Origin: Acidobacteriota bacterium
GTDB taxonomy: Bacteria > Actinomycetota > Acidimicrobiia > Spongiisociales > UBA5794
Reading direction: 5' to 3'
Length of the DNA stretch: 53,460 nt
Assembly (NCBI GenBank): GCA_022566415.1
Contig: JADFIY010000001.1
Span: 1 to 53,460 of the forward strand
The translations under genes and the position numbers were made by a program. Of this stretch, positions 46,692 to 53,460 are shown piece by piece. The stretch's first letter is position 1, and every line of letters begins with the position of its first letter. Below the pieces are notes generated by a model that was not told where the DNA came from, ran no database searches, and was given only the letters and a program-made list of their open reading frames with translations.

Positions 46692-47588
46692 ATGTCCACC
46701 GCCCCATTTGATCCCAGGCAGCGGACGGTCGCCGCGGTTGCCCTGGCGATTCTCGCCGTCTCGTTTGGGGCTATTCCGCTGATCGTCCGCGCCGGCATCC
46801 CGGCGACCCATCTGGTTGCCATGCGGGTGACCCTGGGCGCCCTAGTCCTCATCGCGTTTGCTCTCGTCACCGGCAGGTTCCGCGTTCCTACCACCGGCCG
46901 GGGCCGTCTTCTGCTGCTGGGTGTGCTGCTCTCCGCCCACTGGCTCACCTTCTTTCTCGCCATCCAATTGACGACAGTCGCCGTCGCCCTAGCCGTGGTG
47001 TACACAGGGCCGATCGTTGCCGCCGTGCTCTCCGGGCCGGTGCTCGGGGAGCGCAACGTCGGATCGGCGTGGATCGGGCTCGCCCTTGCCGCCGGCGGCA
47101 TGCTCGTCGTCGTCCGCCCGGGCTCGGGAGCGACCCTCGACGGTGTCGTGGTGGCGCTGGTATCGGCAGTGCTCTTTGCCGCCTTGTTCATTGTCGGTAA
47201 GCCGCTGGCGTCGTCGCTGGGAGGACTGGCCGTGGCCACCTGGGAAGCGGTGGTGGCATCGATCGTGCTGGCGCCGTTCACCGTCCAGGCCGTTCGCCAA
47301 TCCTCTGAGTTCTGGCGCGAGTTCTTGATCCTCGGGGTCGTCTTCACCGGGATTGCCGGTGTCATCTGGTGGGGCTCGATGCGCCGCCTCCCCGTCGCCG
47401 TCGTGTCGGTGATCATGTATCTGGAACCGGCATCTGCGGTGGTGTGGGCAGCGTTCTTCCTCGGCGAATCGCCTGAGCCGTTGACCTGGCTCGGGGTGGG
47501 GCTTGTGGTCGCTGGAGGGGTCGTTGCCGGGGTAGGAGCAACTCAGGCGGCACCAATTTTCACTGACGAGAAGCACCCCGCGGTGTAG
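46692..47588 (+). CDS. EamA/DMT-family transporter
   Basis: 298 aa, ~10 TM, with two EamA-like halves. Confidence 0.85.
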   Translation: MSTAPFDPRQRTVAAVALAILAVSFGAIPLIVRAGIPATHLVAMRVTLGALVLIAFALVTGRFRVPTTGRGRLLLLGVLLSAHWLTFFLAIQLTTVAVALAVVYTGPIVAAVLSGPVLGERNVGSAWIGLALAAGGMLVVVRPGSGATLDGVVVALVSAVLFAALFIVGKPLASSLGGLAVATWEAVVASIVLAPFTVQAVRQSSEFWREFLILGVVFTGIAGVIWWGSMRRLPVAVVSVIMYLEPASAVVWAAFFLGESPEPLTWLGVGLVVAGGVVAGVGATQAAPIFTDEKHPAV

Positions 47589-47615
47589 GTTTGGCCCGAT
47601 GAGAATGGAGGTCGA

Positions 47616-48968
47616 ATGATGAGTCTTGTGATCATCGGGCTCCTGGTGTTGGCCATTGCCGTCGGCGTCGTTGCCTACTTCGCAGGTACCCGCCGCACCG
47701 CAGGCGGTGGTTCTCCGGACGGCTCCGGTGCGGAACCGCGACTCGAGGAGTTTGGCTTCTATCCGTTCGCAGTAGACACCGACGGCCACGTTGCATTCAA
47801 CGACGAGGCGTTCGACGAGGCTGTCCTGCACTTTCTCCAACATCGCAATCAGCGTGCCGCCCGTGAGCTCATCGTCATCGGTGAGCAGAACCTGGTGCGT
47901 GACACCTTCCCCAGCGAGGCGCTCGGCCGCTACAAGGAGCTGTATCAAACCTACGACGGTGACGCCGTGGTGAGCGACAACGCGCTCTTCCTGGAGAACT
48001 ACATGCGGATCGTCAACCAAATCGGGCGATCGTTCCCGAATACCGGGATCGAGATCCTGCTCCACAACCTGGTGAATCCGTCTCGATCACTAGTAGCGAT
48101 CGAGAACGCCGACGTGACCGGCCGGACGGTCGGCGCCGGCGCCACCAACCTTGTGCTCGATCTCAAGACGCGTCGTCAACGCGGCGAGGACAAGGTCAAT
48201 TACGAGCTCAACATCGGGTCCCGTCAATTCAAGTGCACCACCATCCCGATCTTTCGACCCGACTACGGCCTGGTCGGTGCGATCTGCATCAACATCGACA
48301 CCCGGTTCCTCCGCGACGACGTGATGCAAAACGTGGACCATCTCGAGGCGTTCTTCGACAACCTGTTGCGGACAGACTTCCAGCTCGATGAAAACATCCT
48401 GTCCAAGGACGAGTACCGCAACGCCCTCAACGGTAAACGGCACTTTCTGGACGAGGCGATTCGCACCGGCGGGGGAGCCAAGGAGCGGCGGCTAGCGGCG
48501 ATCCTGTTCTCCGACATCGTCGGCTTCACCGCGATCATGGGCGAGGACGAGGCAACCGGGCTCGAGATCCTGGACGCTAACGCCAAGATCCATCGCCAGG
48601 TGTTCGCGGACCGCCGGGGCAGGTTGCTCAGAGAGCTCGGCGACGGCATGCTGGCCAGCTTCACATCGGTATCGAACGCGGTCGCCACCGCCCAAGACAT
48701 TCAGCGGGCGGTGGCGGACGACGGCCGGTTCCAGGTCAGGATCGGGATCCATCTGGGTGAGGTCATCCACGCCGACGGCGATGTGCACGGTGACGGGGTC
48801 AACATCGCCTCCCGCATCGAGGCGGAAACCCCACCCGGCGGGATCGGTGTCTCCGCCGTGGTCTACGACAACATCAAGAACAAGGAAGGCTTTAACGCCA
48901 CCCTGCTCGGCGAGCGGCAGTTGAAGAACGTCGCCGAGCCGATGACGCTGTACACGATCGACGGTTGA
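47616..48968 (+). CDS. Membrane-anchored YheO-like PAS domain fused to a class III adenylate/guanylate cyclase
   Basis: N-terminal TM helix. The YheO-like region is IEILLHNLVNPSRSLVAIENADVTGRTVGAGATNLVLDL...GAICINIDTRFL. The C-terminal cyclase has ILFSDIVGFT, LGDGMLASF and GDGVNIASRIE. Confidence 0.85.
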   Translation: MMSLVIIGLLVLAIAVGVVAYFAGTRRTAGGGSPDGSGAEPRLEEFGFYPFAVDTDGHVAFNDEAFDEAVLHFLQHRNQRAARELIVIGEQNLVRDTFPSEALGRYKELYQTYDGDAVVSDNALFLENYMRIVNQIGRSFPNTGIEILLHNLVNPSRSLVAIENADVTGRTVGAGATNLVLDLKTRRQRGEDKVNYELNIGSRQFKCTTIPIFRPDYGLVGAICINIDTRFLRDDVMQNVDHLEAFFDNLLRTDFQLDENILSKDEYRNALNGKRHFLDEAIRTGGGAKERRLAAILFSDIVGFTAIMGEDEATGLEILDANAKIHRQVFADRRGRLLRELGDGMLASFTSVSNAVATAQDIQRAVADDGRFQVRIGIHLGEVIHADGDVHGDGVNIASRIEAETPPGGIGVSAVVYDNIKNKEGFNATLLGERQLKNVAEPMTLYTIDG

Positions 48969-48980
48969 TCGGGCACGGTG

Positions 48981-49319
48981 CTATTCGGCGTCGGCGACGT
49001 CGAATTCATTGCCCTGCGGATCGGTGCAAATCGTCCAGTGGAACCCCTCGATCTCGTGATCGTGGACTCTCTTCCCACCAAGCTCGATGACCTTGGCGAC
49101 AACCTTCTCCCGATCGTCTGCCGCCAGGTCGATGTGCACCCGGTTCTTGACCTTCTTCGGTTCGGGTACGAGCTGGAAGGCGCGACTGGGTCCATCTGTC
49201 GACACCGTGCTCATGAATACGAAACTCGGATAACGAGCACGCTCTTCGAGATCGAGCAGCTCCCCCCAGAAGGCAACCATCTCGTCGAGATCGTTGCAGT
49301 CAATCATGATCGAGCTCAC
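48981..49319 (-). CDS. VOC (glyoxalase/bleomycin-resistance-like) family protein
   Basis: IMIDCNDLDEMVAFWGELL...VHIDLAADD...VIELGG. Start could be GTG 49319 or ATG 49307; the longer track ORF overlaps dcd. Confidence 0.75.
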   Translation of the reverse strand: MSSIMIDCNDLDEMVAFWGELLDLEERARYPSFVFMSTVSTDGPSRAFQLVPEPKKVKNRVHIDLAADDREKVVAKVIELGGKRVHDHEIEGFHWTICTDPQGNEFDVADAE

Positions 49320-49338
49320 CCGCGGGGTTGCGGTCACC

Positions 49339-49908
49339 TCAGTCCTCCTCGAAGTCCTCGTGCATGCGACTCGGCGTCGGACCACTCTGTCCCTGGTACT
49401 TGGACCCAAGCCCCGCGGAACCGTATGGATGCTCGGCGGCGGTCGTCATCTGATAGAAGCTGATCTGCCCGATCCTCATCCCGGGGTATATCGTGATCGG
49501 GAGGTTGGCGACGTTGGACAGCTCGAGGGTCACCTGCCCCTGAAATCCCGGGTCTATGAAGCCGGCAGTCGAGTGAATGAGCAGGCCGAGCCGGCCCAGC
49601 GAGGACTTTCCTTCGAGTCGAGCGACGACATCGTCGCCAAGGCCGATGCTTTCCAACGTTGCGCCAAGCACGAACTCACCCGGATGCAGGATGAACGGGT
49701 CGGCTTCGGTCACCTTGATCTCGGTGGTCAGGTCTGCCTGCACCGCCTTGGGGTCGATTTGGGGGTACCGATGGTTCTCGAAGACGAGGAACCGGTCATC
49801 GCAACGCACATCGACGCTCGAGGGCTGGACCAAGGACGGGTCATACGGATCGAGCCGGATCCGCCCGTTTGCAATCGCCTCGCGGATGGAGCGGTCGGAA
49901 AAGATCAT
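49339..49908 (-). CDS. dcd: dCTP deaminase
   Basis: [12 protein letters not shown]...VQPSSVDVR...[10 protein letters not shown]...GFIDPGF, 189 aa. Confidence 0.95.
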   Translation of the reverse strand: MIFSDRSIREAIANGRIRLDPYDPSLVQPSSVDVRCDDRFLVFENHRYPQIDPKAVQADLTTEIKVTEADPFILHPGEFVLGATLESIGLGDDVVARLEGKSSLGRLGLLIHSTAGFIDPGFQGQVTLELSNVANLPITIYPGMRIGQISFYQMTTAAEHPYGSAGLGSKYQGQSGPTPSRMHEDFEED

Positions 49909-49951
49909 GGGTAGCGATGCTAGTGAGGCCCGGATGGGTCCCTGGGCGTCG

Positions 49952-50022
49952 AGCGGGTGAGGGGAATCGAACCCCCGTATTCAGCTTGGGAAGCTGATGT
50001 TCTGCCATTGAACTACACCCGC
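49952..50022 (-). tRNA. tRNA-Gly (anticodon CCC), CCA not encoded
   Basis: Manual cloverleaf: acceptor GCGGGTG/CACCCGC, D stem GTTC/GAAC, anticodon stem TCAGC/GCTGA with loop TTCCCAA, T arm GGGGG-TTCGATT-CCCCT. Length 71 nt. Confidence 0.93.
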
Positions 50023-50079
50023 AGCAACCTCAATTATACCGGAGCGCAGGCATCCGTTCTTGCGTAGACCACCGCAATA

Positions 50080-50104
50080 TGATGCGGTTTCTTACGCCAG
50101 AACG
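50080..50104 (+). repeat. Left 25-nt direct repeat flanking the DUF559 gene
   Basis: TGATGCGGTTTCTTACGCCAGAACG, a 24/25 match to 51064-51088. An inverted copy of its 3' half (CCGTTCTTGCGTA) lies at 50054-50066. Confidence 0.8.
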
Positions 50105-50148
50105 CCAGGGGGGTTCAATTCGGGGCGCTGAGGTGGCACGGTGCTCGC

Positions 50149-51066
50149 GTGCATCATCGCGATCTGTTGCTCTCCAAGGTCGCCTCCAGCCAGTACGGGG
50201 TGTTCACGCTCGAGCAAGCCCTGGCCTGCGGATTCAGTGAGCGAGCGATCGAGGCGCGCGTGCGGCGCGGCGCCCTCGCCCGTCTCCACCCTGGCATCTA
50301 TGCGGTGGGCGGAACCCCACCGAGTTGGCATCGAAGCGTCATGGCGGCTGTGCTCTCGGTGAACGAGCGGACTGCGGCCTCGCACCGGACCGCCGCCTAT
50401 CTCTGGGGACTGATGAGCAGGAAACCCACGCGTACGGAAGTGGTGACGACTAGGCATGATCGCGCCCACCGCGATTCGTTCATCGTTCACGAGTCACTGG
50501 ATCTGGTCGAGCATGACATCGTCGTTGTCGACGGCCTACCGGTGACGACAGCGGCAAGAACCGTGGTCGATCTCGGCGCCGTTGCTCGCCCGAGACTGGT
50601 CGAAGCGTGCCTGGATGTTGGGCTGAGACAGCGGCTGTTCACGCTCGACGAAGTGAGGCATTTCGTCAATCGTGTTGCCAGGCGGGGCAGACGCGGAGTT
50701 GGTGTGATACGACCGATGCTCGATGTGCGAGCGGATTGGGATGGCCTGACGGAGAGCCAGCTCGAGGATCTGTTTGTGAGCATCGTCAGAGCGAGCCACC
50801 TACCGATGCCTCGTTCGCAATACACAGTGCGAGACAGGCAGGGACGGTTCGTGTGCCGGGCCGACTTCGCCTACGAAGCCCAGAAGGCGCTGATCGAACT
50901 GGACAGCGAGAAACACCATATGGATCCTGGGACCTTCGCCCGAGATCGCGACAAACAGAACCGGGCCGTGAGCATCGGTTGGATGGTGTACCGATTCACC
51001 TGGCGGCAGCTCGTCGACGCTCCGGAACAGGTCCTCTCCGTTCTTGCGCAGATAACCTCGCATTGA
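50149..51066 (+). CDS. DUF559 / Vsr-like endonuclease-fold protein with an AbiEi-type N-terminal domain
   Basis: 305 aa. The N-terminus GVFTLEQALACGFSERAIEARVRRGALARLHPGIY and the C-terminus ADFAYEAQKALIELDSEKHH...DRDKQN...GWMVYRFTW are typical of the abundant actinobacterial DUF559 proteins. Confidence 0.8.
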   Translation: MHHRDLLLSKVASSQYGVFTLEQALACGFSERAIEARVRRGALARLHPGIYAVGGTPPSWHRSVMAAVLSVNERTAASHRTAAYLWGLMSRKPTRTEVVTTRHDRAHRDSFIVHESLDLVEHDIVVVDGLPVTTAARTVVDLGAVARPRLVEACLDVGLRQRLFTLDEVRHFVNRVARRGRRGVGVIRPMLDVRADWDGLTESQLEDLFVSIVRASHLPMPRSQYTVRDRQGRFVCRADFAYEAQKALIELDSEKHHMDPGTFARDRDKQNRAVSIGWMVYRFTWRQLVDAPEQVLSVLAQITSH

Positions 51067-51088
51067 TGCGGTTTCTTACGCAAGAACG
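51064..51088 (+). repeat. Right 25-nt direct repeat (overlaps the DUF559 stop codon)
   Basis: TGATGCGGTTTCTTACGCAAGAACG. Confidence 0.8.
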
Positions 51089-51096
51089 GGAGATGC

Positions 51097-51315
51097 CTAC
51101 AGGCTGGCCAGCCCCCAGACCGTCATCACTGCGCCTACGGCGAGCAGCCACCACGCTCTTCCCGGCCTGAAATTCCCTTCTTCGCCCTTCGGACTCTTCC
51201 CTCTCCTTGCCTGGATGATGGCGAACCCGTTGCCGGCGATCAGCGCCAGCCCGATGGCAAGCAACATGAGCACCAGGAGTCGGTCGAGGTCGAAAATGTC
51301 AGGGGGATCGTTCAC
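51097..51315 (-). CDS. Small hypothetical two-TM membrane protein
   Basis: GTG 51315 gives VNDPPDIFDLDRLLVLMLLAIGLALIAGNGFAII...WWLLAVGAVMTVWGLASL (72 aa). The upstream part of the track ORF is not protein-like. Confidence 0.4.
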   Translation of the reverse strand: MNDPPDIFDLDRLLVLMLLAIGLALIAGNGFAIIQARRGKSPKGEEGNFRPGRAWWLLAVGAVMTVWGLASL

Positions 51316-51410
51316 CCGAGAAACGCTAGCCAGCAGGAGAGTGCACGGTCTGACATACCGCGCCCCGCGCCGCCCGGTCCGCTCGCATACAATCGACGGG
51401 AGGAAAGGTG

Positions 51411-53198
51411 ATGCAGACCTATACGGCCCCCGGCGAACAACCGGTCGAACCCGGAGACAATCCGGTGTCGCTCCTCGTGGAGCGAGCAACCCACCATCCG
51501 GATTCCATCGCGTTGAGCTATCGCGTTGCCGAGGGCTTCCTACCGATCACCAGCGCCGAGATGCTCGCCAGCGTCAAGGAACTCGCCGCCGGGCTGCTGG
51601 CACTCGGCGTCCAGAAAGGTGACAGGGTCGCCCTGTTCACCTCGACCCGATACGAGTTCACCCTGCTCGATTACGCCATATGGGCCGCAGGTGCGGTCAC
51701 GGTGACCATCTACGACACCTCGTCCGCAGAGCAGGTCGAGTGGATCGTGGGCAACTCGGAATCAACGGTGCTCGTCTGTGAGACGCCGGCGATGAAGGCG
51801 ATCTATGACGAGGTCGCCGAACGCCTCCCTTCGTGTCGCCATGTGTTGGTTATCGAGGACGGGGGGTTGGCTCAGTTGTCCGAGGCGGCGACTGATCTGC
51901 TGCGCAACGAGGTGGAGCGACGGATCGGCGAGATCGACCACGGCGACCTCGCCACCCTGATCTACACTTCGGGGACAACGGGCCGTCCCAAGGGTTGCAT
52001 GCTCACCCACGGCAACCTCGCCTTCGAGCTGATCCAACTCGAGGTCAGAGTCCCCGCGTTGTTGCGCGAGGGGGAACGGACGTTGCTGTTTCTTCCCTTG
52101 GCTCACATTGCGTCGCGGGTCATCCAAATCGGCTGTGTGTCTCGCGGCGTCGAGATCGCCTATGCCTCTTCGGTTGACGCCCTGGTCGAGGAACTTTCGA
52201 TGGTCCGGCCTTCCTGGCTATTCGCCGTGCCAAGGGTCTTCGAGAAGATCTACAACGGTGCAACGCAGAAGGCGCATGCCGAGGGCAAAGGAGCGATCTT
52301 CGACCGGGCGGCGAACGTGGCCATCGCCTATTCGGAGGGCATTGCTCGTGGCAAGATTGGTGTCCTCACCAAGATCCAACACGCCTTGTTCGACCGCCTG
52401 GTGTACGGCAAGCTGCGCGCAGTCTTCGGCGGCGAGCTCGTGTATTCGATTTCGGCAGCTGCGCCCCTCGGGGAGCGGCTCGGGCATTTCTTCAGGGGGA
52501 TAGGGCTCACTCCGATCGAGGCGTACGGGCTGACCGAGACAACCGGGGCATCGAACAGCAATGGCACCGACTTCCAGAAGATCGGGACCGTGGGACGTCC
52601 GCTCCCCGGGGTAGCCATCGGGATCGCCGATGACGGGGAGATCATGATCAAGGGCGGTTGCGTCATGGCCGGTTATTGGAGGAACGATGCTGCCACCGAG
52701 GAAGCCATCGACCCAGACGGATGGTTCCACTCCGGCGACATCGGCGAGTTCGACGAGGACGGGTTCCTGCGGATCACCGGCCGCAAGAAGGAGCTCATCA
52801 TCACAGCAAGCGGGAAGAACGTCGCTCCAGCGGTGCTCGAGGACAGGCTGCGGGCCGACTCGCTGGTGAGCCAATGCATGGTCGTCGGCGATGCCCGACC
52901 GTTCATCGCCGCCCTGGTAACGATCGACGAGGAGGCACTTTTGGTGTGGGCGGAGGCGAACGGCAAGGACGGGGTCAACCTGGAGGACCTGATCGACGAT
53001 CCCGATCTTGTTACTGCCATACAGACGGCAATCGACGAGGCCAACAAGGCGGTGTCGCGCCCAGAGTCGATCCGTACCTTCCGAATCCTCCCTCATGACC
53101 TCACCATCGAGAACGGCGCTCTGACCCCGACACTCAAGGTGAAGCGGTCTGTGGTCTTGGAGGAGTACGCCAACGTCGTCGACGAGATATACGGGTAG
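51411..53198 (+). CDS. Long-chain acyl-CoA synthetase (AMP-forming, FadD15-like)
   Basis: AMP-binding motif YTSGTTGRPKG, plus GYGLTET and GWFHSGDIG. GGAGG lies 7 nt upstream of ATG 51411. Confidence 0.9.
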   Translation: MQTYTAPGEQPVEPGDNPVSLLVERATHHPDSIALSYRVAEGFLPITSAEMLASVKELAAGLLALGVQKGDRVALFTSTRYEFTLLDYAIWAAGAVTVTIYDTSSAEQVEWIVGNSESTVLVCETPAMKAIYDEVAERLPSCRHVLVIEDGGLAQLSEAATDLLRNEVERRIGEIDHGDLATLIYTSGTTGRPKGCMLTHGNLAFELIQLEVRVPALLREGERTLLFLPLAHIASRVIQIGCVSRGVEIAYASSVDALVEELSMVRPSWLFAVPRVFEKIYNGATQKAHAEGKGAIFDRAANVAIAYSEGIARGKIGVLTKIQHALFDRLVYGKLRAVFGGELVYSISAAAPLGERLGHFFRGIGLTPIEAYGLTETTGASNSNGTDFQKIGTVGRPLPGVAIGIADDGEIMIKGGCVMAGYWRNDAATEEAIDPDGWFHSGDIGEFDEDGFLRITGRKKELIITASGKNVAPAVLEDRLRADSLVSQCMVVGDARPFIAALVTIDEEALLVWAEANGKDGVNLEDLIDDPDLVTAIQTAIDEANKAVSRPESIRTFRILPHDLTIENGALTPTLKVKRSVVLEEYANVVDEIYG

Positions 53199-53199
53199 G

Positions 53200-53220
53200 G
53201 GAGTCGCCTGCGGCGACTCC
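53200..53220 (+). terminator. Perfect 9-bp stem / 3-nt loop hairpin 2 nt after the acyl-CoA ligase stop (no U-tract)
   Basis: GGAGTCGCC tgc GGCGACTCC. Confidence 0.45.
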
Positions 53221-53245
53221 GTGTTACGTATTACGAGTCGGACCT

Positions 53246-53325
53246 GAGTGACCGGTCGTCTCGGCAGAAGTGTGGAGCAATTTCTCCCGCTCTCGGCTAC
53301 CCCCCGCTGGGGCCCCGGCTCCGCA
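53246..53325 (+). repeat. Hairpin-repeat family, locus 6 (leader + truncated unit lacking the 3' arm)
   Basis: GAGTGACCGGTCGTCTCGGCAGAAG, then GTGGAGCAATTTCTCCCGCTCTCGGCTACCCCCCGCTGGGGCCCCGGCTCCGCA. No TTTGCGGAGC follows. Confidence 0.65.
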
Positions 53326-53460
53326 CGGGCCTAGCCGCGTACCCAGGGCTCACACCGGCGTATCCGGGGTTGTAGTGGCGCGGGACATCCCGTACAGGTG
53401 TCGCGGGTCTTCCCTGACAGGTGGTGGTGGTCATGGGGTTGGTCTTCCTGGTCGGTTGTG

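Noticed and set aside
44747-47416. Very long ORFs antisense to or overlapping known genes. Examples are 889 aa at 44747..47416, 607 aa at 40707..42530, 497 aa at 29834..31327, 394 aa at 4809..5993, 328 aa at 19915..20901, 339 aa at 38049..39068 and 324 aa at 42941..43915.
   Set aside because: These are typical high-GC shadow ORFs. They have Arg/Pro/Gly-rich low-complexity translations and no recognisable domains. Each overlaps strongly supported genes on the other strand or frame (dnaB, panB, the cyclase, gyrB, nfo, rpsF-ssb).
49952-51088. A classical tRNA-targeted genomic island at tRNA-Gly
   Set aside because: The inserted segment is only ~1 kb and lies on the 5' side of the tRNA. The repeats are not derived from the tRNA 3' end, and no integrase is present. 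It is kept only as a minimal-cassette hypothesis.
53300-53434. 45-aa minus-strand ORF MTTTTCQGRPATPVRDVPRHYNPGYAGVSPGYAARPVRSRGPSGG with an AGGAAG upstream, considered as a small protein or RiPP precursor
   Set aside because: There is no recognisable family. Its 3' part runs into the repeat unit, no modifying-enzyme genes are visible before the window ends, and support is too weak to annotate.

Overview
High-GC (Actinomycetota-type) chromosomal replication-origin region. The left arm is on the minus strand: a DUF3566 gene, gyrA, gyrB, a DUF721/DciA-like gene, recF, dnaN and dnaA, with an oriC-like dnaA-dnaN spacer. The right arm starts divergently on the plus strand with rpmH-rnpA-yidD-yidC-jag-rsmG-parA-parB. 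It continues with a Mycobacterium-like block (cwlM, trxA, trxB, anti-sigma/ECF sigma, stand-alone MviN-type pseudokinase, cca). After that come housekeeping and accessory genes: pilT, rnhA, two class III cyclases, msrB, uppS, pyrE, nfo, panB, rpsF-ssb-rpsR-rplI-dnaB, dcd, tRNA-Gly and an acyl-CoA ligase. I see no defence island, prophage, CRISPR or classical transposon. The unusual signal is in the intergenic DNA. (1) A dispersed family of ~100-nt hairpin units occurs at six loci (about 11.5 units). Each locus has a conserved ~33-nt leader, starts 4-48 nt after a stop codon, and points the same way as the upstream gene. This is MIRU-like behaviour with a sequence I do not recognise. (2) At least nine spacers carry strictly phased 7- or 8-nt micro-repeat arrays, mostly starting at or in a stop codon, with shared motifs (TCGCAAG, CTGGGAA, GTAGCGA, NNNACGT, TAGCNNAG, TGATCTAC). 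Secondary items are a ~180-nt duplicated 3' end of a PEBP gene bracketing a 1.7-kb two-gene lipoprotein/cupredoxin segment, and a DUF559 gene flanked by 25-nt direct repeats next to tRNA-Gly. Others are an rnpA frame with no canonical start that overlaps rpmH, DnaA boxes at the dnaA start, a near-consensus parS in the first codons of rsmG, and two unusual cyclase domain fusions. All homology calls come from reading the translations by eye; no database search was run.
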